Of a stretch of DNA of 64,000 nucleotides, positions 36,074 through 45,827 are shown one piece after another. The notes under the pieces were generated by a model that saw only the letters and a list, made by a program, of their open reading frames with translations, had not been told where the DNA came from and ran no database searches. The translations under genes and the position numbers were made by a program. The first letter of the stretch is position 1. Each line of letters begins with the position of its first letter. This stretch comes from Escherichia phage Esco_phi_B-01, in sequence record OP292222.1; one strand, 5' to 3'.

Positions 36074-36643
36074 ATGAACATCGAACAAAAATGTCTTTAT
36101 CAAGACCGAATCAATTCCAAATTTTCAAAATCTGAACAAGCGTTGTTAGAGAAATGTCTGGATGCCAAAAAAGACCCTAACTTACATTATGACCTAGACA
36201 AACTAGTTCGTAAACATGTTACTTCGGCCGTTCCGGTAGAGCTTTATCGTGGGATTACCACCAGAGAACTTGAGCAATTAGAGCTCCTTTCAGTAGGGTG
36301 CCACTGGTCTCCTGGTCGGGTTACTTCTTTTAGTACACAATACTCTCAGGCTTGCCAGTTCGCAGGGTCATGGGAATATGGAACCAAAACCATTTTAAGT
36401 CTCAGGAATGCACCCTTCATTTTTGACTACTACAATCATGCTATCGACCTTGTTCTTGCAGGGAATGCGGACGAACTTGAAATAGATGAAACCCGTATTG
36501 ACCTCTATGATATGGTCGAAACCGAATGTGAGTTCATGGTCTCTAGTCTATCACGGTTCGAGATTGTGGAAATCGAAACTATCAAAAGGGACCCATACGA
36601 CATCGAGTACAAAATAATTCATTTAAAAATGTTGGATTTTTAG
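36074..36643 (+). CDS. modB: ADP-ribosyltransferase, ModB-like
   Basis: R-S-ExE triad: LYRG, SFS, ECE; position upstream of dda as in T4 (which paralog is modA vs modB is assigned by order only). Confidence 0.7.
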   Translation: MNIEQKCLYQDRINSKFSKSEQALLEKCLDAKKDPNLHYDLDKLVRKHVTSAVPVELYRGITTRELEQLELLSVGCHWSPGRVTSFSTQYSQACQFAGSWEYGTKTILSLRNAPFIFDYYNHAIDLVLAGNADELEIDETRIDLYDMVETECEFMVSSLSRFEIVEIETIKRDPYDIEYKIIHLKMLDF

Positions 36644-36672
36644 TTTACAGGCAAGGATGCTTATGTTACTAT
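36643..36672 (+). promoter_or_regulatory. early promoter (GTTTAC ... TACTAT)
   Basis: motif. Confidence 0.55.
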
Positions 36673-36697
36673 CTTTCTATCAACTGAGGAGAATAAT

Positions 36698-37312
36698 ATG
36701 TTATATCCAAGCCATAAATTAGCAGAATTTATCAACAATGCCAAATGCGATGATTTCCGTGAGAATACTCAGATAGAAATTGATGAGGTGTATTCTGATT
36801 TAGAACAGAGCACGCTCTGGCAGTGTATGGAAAATAAACCTGATTCTATCCAGGAAACTCTGAACAAAATTATTCGTAAGAACCTGACTTCTGTAGTGCC
36901 TGATAAGCTCTATCGCGGTATATCTAAAAAGACCCTGAAGTATCTAGAGTCCACAATGTGTGTGGGTGCGGTAATTGAATTCGACCGCGTGATGAGCTTC
37001 TCTAAAGACTTCAACGTAGCAAGGAATTTCGCATCTTATAACTTCTACGGCACATTTAATATCTTTTGTATTAATGATGCGCCATTTGTGTACAATTATC
37101 AGGAAGAAATCTTTAAAATGTTATGTGCTGCGCCCCCTGAAGAGTTCCCAGGCGCATTTCCTGAATCTACCCGTGTAGCAAACTTACAATTAATTAATGA
37201 TGAAGATGAGATGATGTTCCCTGCGGGAACTACGCTGCGCGTAGACTCTATTGAGAGAAATCCTAAATGGAATAATTACACCATTTGGAATCTTTCCGTT
37301 CTTTCTTACTGA
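36698..37312 (+). CDS. modA: ADP-ribosyltransferase, ModA-like
   Basis: R-S-ExE triad: LYRG, SFS, EDE; paralog of upstream gene. Confidence 0.7.
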   Translation: MLYPSHKLAEFINNAKCDDFRENTQIEIDEVYSDLEQSTLWQCMENKPDSIQETLNKIIRKNLTSVVPDKLYRGISKKTLKYLESTMCVGAVIEFDRVMSFSKDFNVARNFASYNFYGTFNIFCINDAPFVYNYQEEIFKMLCAAPPEEFPGAFPESTRVANLQLINDEDEMMFPAGTTLRVDSIERNPKWNNYTIWNLSVLSY

Positions 37313-37381
37313 ACCACCCGGTTTAATTGAAAGGCAAAGTCCTTGATTCATTATACCGTTGAAAATTTAAAGCAAAAAAGT

Positions 37382-37410
37382 GTTTACTTTATTAAGCAAC
37401 ATGATACTAT
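37382..37410 (+). promoter_or_regulatory. early promoter, PeSL-like
   Basis: motif; repeat family. Confidence 0.6.
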
Positions 37411-37450
37411 AGACCTATCAACTAATCGTCCGTAAGATGAGAAAAATATC

Positions 37451-38200
37451 ATGCCTACTATTAAAACTAGCGATGAATTTGAGTTAAAGGTTTACAACCG
37501 CCGCAAACACACCAAAGCTTCTGCTTATAAACGTGGTAAGGACTTCAATCTGTCTAGTAAGTATGTTCGTAGACTTCTCGAACAAAAAGTGTGCGCTTAT
37601 TCAGGCGAGTACTTTGATGAAAATTCAGTTAATGATAAGATTTCATTTGAACGTTTTAACAACGATATCGGCTATATTGAGGGTAATGTAATCCCAGTTA
37701 AAGTTAAGTATAACAGCTTACGTGCCGATTTGTCCCTTGATGAACTGAAACGTGCCCAGACTCGTTTAGCAGTTCGTATTTCAGGTAGTTCTAAAATGCC
37801 TAATAGTTTTAAAGTTACCCCTGATAATTATTATAAAATCCGTAAAATCGTTAAAAATATAAAAGATACCCAAAGAGGTCTTAAAAAACGTGAAAAACGT
37901 CTTAAAGACCTTATTAAATCGGGAGCTACTGATAAGACTCCTTCTGTTATCGCGGTTAAGGCCCGTATCCACGGTTCTAACGCTTCAATCGGTACTATGG
38001 AAAAAGGTCTTAAATCTTTAATTGGTGGGCCTGACTGGCGCGTCAAGTTTAAATTGTCTGAAGCAGAAACGCGTTACGATATGTATGATAAAATTATTCA
38101 AGGTCTGGAGCGTTTAGAACACCTTTCTTTTATTGACAAATTGAAGTTGAAAAAAGGTCTTCCGCTGAATGCTTCAATTTTTTCACTGATTAGAGGTTAA
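37451..38200 (+). CDS. hypothetical basic protein (249 aa); Srd-like by position upstream of dda
   Basis: synteny only. Confidence 0.5.
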   Translation: MPTIKTSDEFELKVYNRRKHTKASAYKRGKDFNLSSKYVRRLLEQKVCAYSGEYFDENSVNDKISFERFNNDIGYIEGNVIPVKVKYNSLRADLSLDELKRAQTRLAVRISGSSKMPNSFKVTPDNYYKIRKIVKNIKDTQRGLKKREKRLKDLIKSGATDKTPSVIAVKARIHGSNASIGTMEKGLKSLIGGPDWRVKFKLSEAETRYDMYDKIIQGLERLEHLSFIDKLKLKKGLPLNASIFSLIRG

Positions 38201-38204
38201 CGTG

Positions 38205-38501
38205 ATGTACTATGCATACGTATTAGTTCACAAGGACAAAGACGGGTATGAAATTCCATTAGAAGATGCCGGTGAAGTGACTTTGTATTCGACAAAGATT
38301 GGAGCCGACACTGCTTTAGAGGCTTATGAAATCTCAACAAAAAGATATCTTCGGCTTGGACGCCTTGAAACAGTGTGCACGCCAAGAAAATGGTGGTTTG
38401 ATAAGTGGGAAACTAAAACAGTTTTTCCTACCAAAGAACGGGCCCGAGAATTAAAATTGATTTTAGACACTTTATATGTTAAGCGAGTAAAATTGGCATG
38501 A
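38205..38501 (+). CDS. hypothetical protein (98 aa)
   Basis: ORF immediately upstream of dda. Confidence 0.5.
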   Translation: MYYAYVLVHKDKDGYEIPLEDAGEVTLYSTKIGADTALEAYEISTKRYLRLGRLETVCTPRKWWFDKWETKTVFPTKERARELKLILDTLYVKRVKLA

Positions 38502-39829
38502 TTACATTTGAAGACTTGAATATTGGGCAACGGACGGCCTTTAAAGAAATCATTGAAGCTGTTAAACGACGTAAGGGCGAATGGATTACATTGAATGGTC
38601 CTGCGGGTACAGGTAAAACGACCCTTACTAAATTTATCCTTGACCACTTAGTCAAGAATGGCGAACTCGGAGTTATTTTGACCGCACCTACGCACGCGGC
38701 CAAGAAGGTATTGTCGAAACTCGCAGGCCAAGAAGCATCGACAATCCACCGAATCTTAAAGATTAACCCGACTACATACGAAGACCAGGATATTTTTGAA
38801 CAACGTGAAGCTCCTGATTTGAGCAAATGTAATGTTCTTGTGGTCGACGAAGGCTCAATGATTGACGGTAAGTTGTTTAAGATTATCGAAGCATCGGTTC
38901 CACCATGGTGCACTGTACTGGGGATTGGCGACCGAGCTCAGTTACAGCCAGTAGAACCTGGAAGTGATGGAAGTCCTCAGTTGTCTCCATTCTTTACCCA
39001 TCCTAAAATTAAACAGCTACACCTTACTGAAGTAATGCGTAGTAATGCTCCTATCATTGAGGTTGCTACTGAAATCCGTAATGGTGGATGGTTCCGAGAT
39101 TGTATATTCGAAGGTCACGGTGTCCATGGTTTTAAATCTCAAACGGCTTTAAAAGATTTTATGATGAATTATTTTTCCATCGTAAAAGATGCTGATGCCT
39201 TGTTTGAGAATAGGATGTTTGCTTATACAAATAAATCAGTTGAAAAACTGAATAGTATTATTCGTAAAAAGCTTTATGAAACCGATGCACCTTATATCAA
39301 GGGCGAAATCCTCGTGATGCAAGAGCCTTTTATTAAGGAACTTGAATATGACGGTAAGAAATTCTCTGAAACCATTTTTAATAACGGCCAGATGGTTCGT
39401 ATTTTAGATGTGAACCACACCTCATTGTTCTTGTCTGCCAAGGATGTAGGCACTCGCCAGATGATTAATTACTGGGACCTCCAGGTTGAATCTGTTGATG
39501 AGGATGACGAGTACTACGTAGAACACTTGAAAGTTATTGATGAGGCTTCAGTTGAGAAGTTCCATTATTTCTTGGCTAAGGTGGCTACTGAGTACAAGGC
39601 CATGCGTGGGACTGGTAATAAACCTAAGTGGGCTGATTTCTGGAAAGCCAAGCGAATGTTCACTAAGGTCCGAGCTCTTCCGGTGAGCACTGTTCATAAA
39701 TCACAGGGCCTTACTGTCCAAAACAGTTTCATCTATACTCCGTGCATGCACATGGCTGATGCGAATTTAGCTTCACAGCTGGCTTATGTTAGTATTACCC
39801 GTGCTCGTACTGATGCCTATTATGTTTGA
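38498..39829 (+). CDS. dda: Dda DNA helicase (SF1B)
   Basis: Walker A GPAGTGKTT, Walker B LVVDEGSM, C-terminal SF1 motifs; similarity recalled to T4 Dda. Confidence 0.92.
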   Translation: MITFEDLNIGQRTAFKEIIEAVKRRKGEWITLNGPAGTGKTTLTKFILDHLVKNGELGVILTAPTHAAKKVLSKLAGQEASTIHRILKINPTTYEDQDIFEQREAPDLSKCNVLVVDEGSMIDGKLFKIIEASVPPWCTVLGIGDRAQLQPVEPGSDGSPQLSPFFTHPKIKQLHLTEVMRSNAPIIEVATEIRNGGWFRDCIFEGHGVHGFKSQTALKDFMMNYFSIVKDADALFENRMFAYTNKSVEKLNSIIRKKLYETDAPYIKGEILVMQEPFIKELEYDGKKFSETIFNNGQMVRILDVNHTSLFLSAKDVGTRQMINYWDLQVESVDEDDEYYVEHLKVIDEASVEKFHYFLAKVATEYKAMRGTGNKPKWADFWKAKRMFTKVRALPVSTVHKSQGLTVQNSFIYTPCMHMADANLASQLAYVSITRARTDAYYV

Positions 39830-39836
39830 GGAAAAT

Positions 39837-40076
39837 ATGATTAAAGTAACTAAAGACCAATTTTATAAGTTGAAATTCGAAACCGAATATATTATTAAGG
39901 TCAACCCAGACGATACAAATATCCGTGGCAAGGCTCATAAGGTCTTGCATTCACTTAAAGAGATTGAAAGTGATTTTATTGCAGTGCAAAAACTGATGGA
40001 CGACAACATCTCTTCGGTTTATATTGAAGACTATACTGTTGGCCAAATCCGAGACCTTATGAGGTACGTTAAATGA
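39837..40076 (+). CDS. hypothetical protein (79 aa)
   Basis: ORF with SD gaggaaaat. Confidence 0.5.
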   Translation: MIKVTKDQFYKLKFETEYIIKVNPDDTNIRGKAHKVLHSLKEIESDFIAVQKLMDDNISSVYIEDYTVGQIRDLMRYVK

Positions 40077-40747
40077 AAGATATAATTATTGACTTCGAAA
40101 CCTTTGCCACTACCCAAAATGCAGCAGTTATCGACCTCGCCGTAATTGCTTATGACCCTAATCCAGAGGTAGTAGAATCTTTTGAAGAGCTTACTCAACG
40201 TGGCCTTCGTATTAAATTCGATTTGGCTTCTCAACGCGATAAACGTCTGTTCTCTAAAAGCACATTGCAGTGGTGGAAAGAACAAGGACCTGAAGCACGT
40301 AAAAACCTGGCTCCGTCCGAAATTGATGTGAGTACTTCTATCGGCATTGGTAATTTCTTGGAATACTGCCGTAAAAACGAAGTGGACCAATGGAAATCCC
40401 AGATGTGGTGCCGCGGAATGTCCTTTGACTTTCCAATCTTAGTGGACCTTATTCGTGATGCTTATCGTTCTGAAGGTGTTCCTGAGAACGAAATCGATAC
40501 CACTAAGTTGGAACCGGTTAAATTCTGGAACCAACGCGATATCCGTACGGCCATTGAAGCCTATTCACTGACGCGTGGATTAAGCATGTGCCCTCTGCCT
40601 AACGGGACATTGAATGGCTTTGTGGCTCACGACTCTATCCATGACTGCGCCAAGGATATCTTGATGCTGAAATATGCCCAACGATATGCTTTAAACCTGG
40701 AAGATGTTCCTGAGAATCCAGACCCATTAAGTGTAAAAAATCGATAA
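40073..40747 (+). CDS. dexA: exonuclease A (DEDD 3'-5' exonuclease)
   Basis: N-terminal IIIDFETF DEDD motif; synteny next to dda. Confidence 0.85.
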   Translation: MKDIIIDFETFATTQNAAVIDLAVIAYDPNPEVVESFEELTQRGLRIKFDLASQRDKRLFSKSTLQWWKEQGPEARKNLAPSEIDVSTSIGIGNFLEYCRKNEVDQWKSQMWCRGMSFDFPILVDLIRDAYRSEGVPENEIDTTKLEPVKFWNQRDIRTAIEAYSLTRGLSMCPLPNGTLNGFVAHDSIHDCAKDILMLKYAQRYALNLEDVPENPDPLSVKNR

Positions 40748-40751
40748 AAGT

Positions 40752-40780
40752 GTTTACTTCTCCTCATGACATGATATTAT
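40752..40780 (+). promoter_or_regulatory. early promoter, PeSL-like, in inverted repeat ctcctcatg/catgaggag
   Basis: motif. Confidence 0.6.
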
Positions 40781-40807
40781 CTACCCTATCAACATGAGGA
40801 GAACAAA

Positions 40808-41317
40808 ATGAAACTTTATCGAGTTGAGTCATCGTTCAGTATCTTAGATGATGGAAACGCTATCACAATACGACGAGACCTCTGTACTCAAATGACCCCG
40901 TATAGAAGTACAACAGACTCATGGAGTGAAGGCTGGTTATTAGAAGTAGGTTTAGACAGGCCTATTTTTAGACACCATCATAGCATTAATAAAAATATCC
41001 CACTACCAAGTCAAGATAAGCTGTTGGTAGAAAATTCTAATAAAGCCATTAGAACTAAGTGGAAAAGGCCTGATTATGAAGGCTCTGATGATTATATTCC
41101 AGGTTGGTTTGTTAACCTCTACCATTTTGCTTTTGCCAGTGAGTATGATATGATGCGCTGGTTCACTCGTGAAGAGCGTGAAGAATTATCTTCTAAAGGA
41201 TTCTATCTTGCTGTTTACGAAATACCAGAAGATGAGGTTGTCATCGGTGGCCGCCAAGTAATGTTCCGCAAATCCCATGCCGAACTTGTAGATTTTATTG
41301 AATTGAGAACAATATGA
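40808..41317 (+). CDS. hypothetical protein (169 aa)
   Basis: ORF. Confidence 0.55.
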   Translation: MKLYRVESSFSILDDGNAITIRRDLCTQMTPYRSTTDSWSEGWLLEVGLDRPIFRHHHSINKNIPLPSQDKLLVENSNKAIRTKWKRPDYEGSDDYIPGWFVNLYHFAFASEYDMMRWFTREEREELSSKGFYLAVYEIPEDEVVIGGRQVMFRKSHAELVDFIELRTI

Positions 41318-41862
41318 AATTTAATTACAACCCTAAATACACCCCGAATCCGGCAGCTAAACTGATTGATTTTGATGTTTTAAGCACTTATGTATGCCCT
41401 GTTAAACCACTGGAAATTAAGGAAACCACTATGACTACTCAGACTATCGAAATCGGCAAAACCTACAAACTGGTTGAACCTGAAATTAAAACTAAGGCCT
41501 TGATTTCTGGTTATAAAACTCTGACTTATGTTTTTGGCGAAGGCGAATTTATTGTTGAAGAATTCGCCAAAAGTGAGTGGTTTGACAAATCTTACGTCCT
41601 CCACGGCCGCCGGTTAGATAATAACAAAATAGAGAAAAACCTGGTTTATGAAGATGAGTTCATCCTGTTCCAAGAAGTTGAAGAACAAGGCCCTACCGAC
41701 CTGTTGTGTGCTGCTGTGGCTATCCGTCGTCCTTTTGATAATCCTATCTGTGGTTGGGTAACAGACCAGTGGATTGAAGATGGTGTTGAACTCCTGAACG
41801 TTGTACATGCTGGTGATTTTAGCGTAGTACCTCGTAGTGCAGTGGTTAATGTATTGAATTAA
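41314..41862 (+). CDS. hypothetical protein (182 aa), paralog of 41936..42502
   Basis: shared C-terminal block (...TDQW(I/V)E(D/E)GV.L.N(V/I)...F.VVP.S..V). Confidence 0.6.
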   Translation: MKFNYNPKYTPNPAAKLIDFDVLSTYVCPVKPLEIKETTMTTQTIEIGKTYKLVEPEIKTKALISGYKTLTYVFGEGEFIVEEFAKSEWFDKSYVLHGRRLDNNKIEKNLVYEDEFILFQEVEEQGPTDLLCAAVAIRRPFDNPICGWVTDQWIEDGVELLNVVHAGDFSVVPRSAVVNVLN

Positions 41863-41864
41863 TA

Positions 41865-41893
41865 GTTTACTTTATCGAGGGCCATGTTATAAT
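41865..41893 (+). promoter_or_regulatory. early promoter (GTTTAC, 17 bp, TATAAT)
   Basis: motif. Confidence 0.6.
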
Positions 41894-41935
41894 GGCTCTC
41901 ATGGATTATAAACCTTTAACCAAGAGAGAAAAATT

Positions 41936-42502
41936 ATGATTACTATTTCCGATATCGGCAGTATCGTTCGTGTATCCAAAAAGTCTCGTTCAAAAGCTGC
42001 GGGCAGTTTAGTTGAAGTTGTTAGCATCCAACTTAAAGAAGGTGTCAGTGAAGAAAATTATGAAGTAAAAGTTCGTATCATTCCTAAAAATCGCCAGACT
42101 GAAACCCAATTCGGTTATGTGCGCGCTAAATTCTTGGAATCGACTGAATTTACCGGATACATCGCTCCCGTAGTTGAAGAAGTTGAATCCCATGATGGGT
42201 ATGTATGTGAAAGCAATGATATCCGTGGCGTAGTAGCTCAAGACGTTGAAACTATTGACCAATCTCATGTCGGCGTTGATTTCAAATGGAAATTAGGTCG
42301 AGGAGTGTGTTTTAATACTCCTAAACCGTTCAAATATGTTGACGAACCTTTTGGTACTTATGAAACTACTAGCATGTCCGGTTACATCACAGACCAGTGG
42401 GTTGAAGAAGGCGTTAAGCTTTATAACATCGTGTTCCTTGGAACCTTTAAAGTGGTTCCTGAAAGCTTTATTGTCGAGTATGCTAATATTCATCGTGCAT
42501 AA
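41936..42502 (+). CDS. hypothetical protein (188 aa), paralog of 41314..41862
   Basis: shared C-terminal block. Confidence 0.6.
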   Translation: MITISDIGSIVRVSKKSRSKAAGSLVEVVSIQLKEGVSEENYEVKVRIIPKNRQTETQFGYVRAKFLESTEFTGYIAPVVEEVESHDGYVCESNDIRGVVAQDVETIDQSHVGVDFKWKLGRGVCFNTPKPFKYVDEPFGTYETTSMSGYITDQWVEEGVKLYNIVFLGTFKVVPESFIVEYANIHRA

Positions 42503-42662
42503 AGTTTAAAAAAGTAGTGTACAACAAGATAGGGTAGTGATAAGATTACCCTATCAAAACAAATGAGTGATGGAGAATAAAAATGTTTGCACCTTATATT
42601 ATGATTGCAGTTATCGTTATCTGTCTGTATCTTTTAATTAAAGCTTGTTAAGGAGATTCAAA

Positions 42663-42881
42663 ATGGCTAAAGTTGCTGTGAACTCAACTCGCGAAGAATT
42701 TGAAGATGTTCTGTTCAACCCTGATTTAATCGTAGTTCAAAAGGAACATTCTGATACGTTTTCTCATTTATCGTCGGTTTATGTATACGAAAATCAAGGT
42801 GATAAAAACCCTATCTATGCAGTGTTCCGTGAAATTACTGCTGAAGGTACTGACTTCTGGAAGGAAACTTATAATGCGTAA
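42663..42881 (+). CDS. hypothetical protein (72 aa)
   Basis: ORF with SD aaggag. Confidence 0.5.
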   Translation: MAKVAVNSTREEFEDVLFNPDLIVVQKEHSDTFSHLSSVYVYENQGDKNPIYAVFREITAEGTDFWKETYNA

Positions 42882-43290
42882 TCAATCTAAATTTGAAGTT
42901 GGTAAGTGGTATTATTTTAAAGACGAAGCATCTGAAGCTGAATTCCGTCGTAGAGTTATCAATAACACCGGTATAGCGGATGCTATTGTTGAAGCCGAAG
43001 GTTTTTGTCCAAGGACTATCAAAGCGGGTAATGTAATTAATGTAGACCTAGCTTATGGTGATAATAAAGATATGATTTTATATCCTACTGAGCGGAAATT
43101 CTTTACTGAAATGTGTGTAGTTGAAAATGAAGATGAATGGGCAGAAGACGGTGTCTCCGAAGACGAAGACCAGTCTGAAGATGCTGCGCCGTTCGAACCG
43201 AGTGATTTCCCTTTGACTAAAATCACTATTTCTAATAATTCTGAAGCCTGGACAGTTTACCAGATGCTGAAAGCCCACTTTAAGGAATAA
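42874..43290 (+). CDS. hypothetical protein (138 aa), acidic C-terminus
   Basis: ORF. Confidence 0.5.
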   Translation: MRNQSKFEVGKWYYFKDEASEAEFRRRVINNTGIADAIVEAEGFCPRTIKAGNVINVDLAYGDNKDMILYPTERKFFTEMCVVENEDEWAEDGVSEDEDQSEDAAPFEPSDFPLTKITISNNSEAWTVYQMLKAHFKE

Positions 43291-43293
43291 TAG

Positions 43294-43470
43294 ATGCCAC
43301 TTTATGATTACAAATGCCAATCTGAAGACTGTGCAAAAGAATACGAAAAAATCAAGAAAATCTCTGAAAGAGATAACGATGTTTGTCCTGATTGCCATCG
43401 GCTGGCTGTTCGGTTAGTTTCAGCTCCTAAACATGTTAACGGCGGGTTCTATGACCTGCTAACTAAGTGA
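43294..43470 (+). CDS. FmdB-family-like zinc ribbon protein (58 aa; MPLYDYKC ... CPDC)
   Basis: N-terminal YxYxC and second CxxC pair. Confidence 0.5.
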   Translation: MPLYDYKCQSEDCAKEYEKIKKISERDNDVCPDCHRLAVRLVSAPKHVNGGFYDLLTK

Positions 43471-43476
43471 GAAATT

Positions 43477-43737
43477 ATGAAATATGTTAATCGTTCTATC
43501 GCGGCTCTTGTACTAGCAGTTTCGTTGGTTGGTTGTACTGATGCCGATAATGCTACCCGTGTATTAGATGCAAATGGCTACGAACAAATCCAAATCACGG
43601 GATACAACCTATTTGGCTGTTCTGAAGATGATTTCCAACGTACAGGCTTTATTGCTGTAGGGCCGACAGGTAAAAGGGTTGAAGGAACAGTTTGTTCCGG
43701 GTTATTCTTTAAAAAGTCGACCATTCGATTTGATTAA
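43477..43737 (+). CDS. predicted lipoprotein (lipobox LVGC)
   Basis: N-terminal MKYVNRSIAALVLAVSLVGC. Confidence 0.55.
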   Translation: MKYVNRSIAALVLAVSLVGCTDADNATRVLDANGYEQIQITGYNLFGCSEDDFQRTGFIAVGPTGKRVEGTVCSGLFFKKSTIRFD

Positions 43738-43754
43738 GGGCTTCGGCCCTTTTA
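43736..43754 (+). terminator. rho-independent terminator (gggc-ttcg-gccc + T4)
   Basis: stem-loop + T-run. Confidence 0.6.
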
Positions 43755-43803
43755 TGCTTTAAGTGAAATGGGATAATATTCTCCTACTACATGAGGAAAT
43801 AAC

Positions 43804-45621
43804 ATGATTAAGAATGAAATTAAAGTACTGTCCGACATTGAACATATCAAAAAACGTAGTGGGATGTATATTGGCTCAAGTGCTAATGAAGCTCACGGTC
43901 GATTCCTGTTTGGTAATTTTACCCAGGTGAACTATGTTCCTGGACTGGTTAAATTAATTGACGAAATCATTGATAACTCTGTCGATGAAGCTATTCGTAC
44001 CAATTTTAAATTCGCAAATAAAATCGATGTTCAAATTAAGAATAATCAGGTTTCAGTTTCTGATAATGGCCGTGGTATTCCTCAAGCAATGGTTACTGAC
44101 CAAAACGGTGAACAAATTCCGGGCCCTGTAGCTGCATGGACTATTCCAAAGGCAGGTGGTAACTTTGGAGATGACGCCGAGCGTAAGACAGGCGGCATGA
44201 ACGGTGTTGGTAGTAGTTTAACTAATATCTTCTCTGTTTTGTTCACAGGCATCACCTCTGATGGTGAGAATGAGATTACTGTTAACTGTTCCAACGGAAT
44301 GGAAAACAAAGGTTGGTCTACTAAGAAATCTAAAGGTAAGGGTACTTCGGTTATATTCACCCCAGACTTTAACCATTTCGAAGAAAATAGCCTGTCCCAA
44401 ATTTATCTGGATATTACATTAGACCGTCTTCAAACACTGGCCGTAATTTATCCAGATATCCAATTTACTTTTAATGGTAAAAAAGTGGATGGCAACTTTA
44501 AAAAGTATGCTAAGCAATTTGGTGAAGACTTTGTAATCCAAGAAACCGATAATGTTTCGATGGCATTTACTCCTTCTCCGGACGGGTTCCGTCAACTGAC
44601 GTATGTAAACAATATCCATACTAAGAACGGTGGTCACCATGTTGAATGTGTGTTCGATGATATCTGTGAGCACCTTCTGCCAGGTATTAAAAAGAAATAT
44701 AAAGGAATCGAAGTAACTAAGGCCCGTGTTAAAGAATGTCTGACCATGGTCATGTTCATTCGTGATATGAGCAATATGCGTTTTGATTCACAGACTAAAG
44801 AGCGATTAACCTCTCCATTTGGTGAGATTCGTAACCATATCCAAATTGATGCTAAGAAAATTGCAACGGCTATTCTTAAGGTCGATGGGTTGATTATGCC
44901 TATTGTCGAAGCCGCTTTAGCACGTAAACTTGCTGCTGAAAAAGCCGCCGAAACAAAAGCTGCTAAGAAAGCTTTGAAAGCCAAGGTCCATAAGCATATT
45001 AAAGCCAATATGTATGGCAAAGATGCTGATACGACTTTATTCCTTACGGAAGGTGATTCTGCAATGGGTCCTTTCATTGAAGTTCGTAATAAAGACCTCC
45101 AAGGTGGTTATCCGTTACGCGGAAAGGTTATGAATACCTGGGGTATGACTGCTGCCGATATCATGAAGAACAAAGAATTGTTTGATATCTGTGCAATCAC
45201 TGGACTGGTTATTGGTGAACCTGCAGATAAAACCAACTATCGTAATATCGCTATCATGACTGACGCCGATGTGGATGGTACTGGTTCGATTTATCCTTCG
45301 TTATTAGCTTTCTTTAGTCAGTGGCCGGAATTGTTTGAACAGGGACGAATTCGTTTCTGTAAGACTCCTGTAATCATTGCTCAGGTTGGTAAAGAACAGG
45401 AATGGTTCTATGATGTACCTAGTTATACCAAAGCTAAGGACTCACTACCAAAACATTCTATTCGTTATATTAAAGGTCTCGGTTCTCTTGAGAAGGCTGA
45501 ATACCGTCGAATGATTCAAGACCCTAAATTCGATGTAGTTCAATTACCTGAAGATTGGAAAGACCAGTTCGAAATGCTCCTTGGAAACGACCCACAGCTG
45601 CGTAAGGCTTGGATGTCATAA
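43804..45621 (+). CDS. 39: DNA topoisomerase II large subunit, gp39 with gp60 region fused (GyrB-like ATPase + TOPRIM)
   Basis: GHKL N-box EIIDNSVDEA, TOPRIM LFLTEGDSA / DADVDG; single uninterrupted 605-aa ORF. Confidence 0.92.
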   Translation: MIKNEIKVLSDIEHIKKRSGMYIGSSANEAHGRFLFGNFTQVNYVPGLVKLIDEIIDNSVDEAIRTNFKFANKIDVQIKNNQVSVSDNGRGIPQAMVTDQNGEQIPGPVAAWTIPKAGGNFGDDAERKTGGMNGVGSSLTNIFSVLFTGITSDGENEITVNCSNGMENKGWSTKKSKGKGTSVIFTPDFNHFEENSLSQIYLDITLDRLQTLAVIYPDIQFTFNGKKVDGNFKKYAKQFGEDFVIQETDNVSMAFTPSPDGFRQLTYVNNIHTKNGGHHVECVFDDICEHLLPGIKKKYKGIEVTKARVKECLTMVMFIRDMSNMRFDSQTKERLTSPFGEIRNHIQIDAKKIATAILKVDGLIMPIVEAALARKLAAEKAAETKAAKKALKAKVHKHIKANMYGKDADTTLFLTEGDSAMGPFIEVRNKDLQGGYPLRGKVMNTWGMTAADIMKNKELFDICAITGLVIGEPADKTNYRNIAIMTDADVDGTGSIYPSLLAFFSQWPELFEQGRIRFCKTPVIIAQVGKEQEWFYDVPSYTKAKDSLPKHSIRYIKGLGSLEKAEYRRMIQDPKFDVVQLPEDWKDQFEMLLGNDPQLRKAWMS

Positions 45622-45663
45622 TAAATACGTACGGTACATGAGTACCGTATAAAAGGAGACTTT

Positions 45664-45825
45664 ATGAGAAAGTACTGGGTTACGCTCGTCACAGGTGAAT
45701 ATGGTTATCTCTGGACAGATACACGTCCTCTTTTTGCAGAGTACGTTACTATCACAGTTGAAACATGGGACGGCGAAGTTTACCAAACCCGTGGTCAAGT
45801 TTATAGAGTCGATTCAAGCAACTAA
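45664..45825 (+). CDS. hypothetical small protein (53 aa)
   Basis: ORF with SD aaaaggag. Confidence 0.4.
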   Translation: MRKYWVTLVTGEYGYLWTDTRPLFAEYVTITVETWDGEVYQTRGQVYRVDSSN

Positions 45826-45827
45826 TT

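Noticed and set aside
37451-38200. 249-aa basic protein as an HNH homing endonuclease
   Set aside because: No clear HNH His/Asn/His or zinc-finger arrangement; only position is informative, so left as hypothetical (Srd-like slot)
38324-38913. Minus-strand ORFs 38324..38647 and 38479..38913 (107 and 144 aa)
   Set aside because: Antisense to dda and its upstream gene, which have strong motif support
44082-45077. Minus-strand ORFs inside gene 39 (44082..44360, 44218..44400, 44419..44673, 44634..45077)
   Set aside because: Antisense to a well-supported topoisomerase ORF
43804-45621. Translational bypass (gene 60-type hop) or intron within the topoisomerase gene
   Set aside because: The reading frame is continuous with no internal stop or untranslated gap
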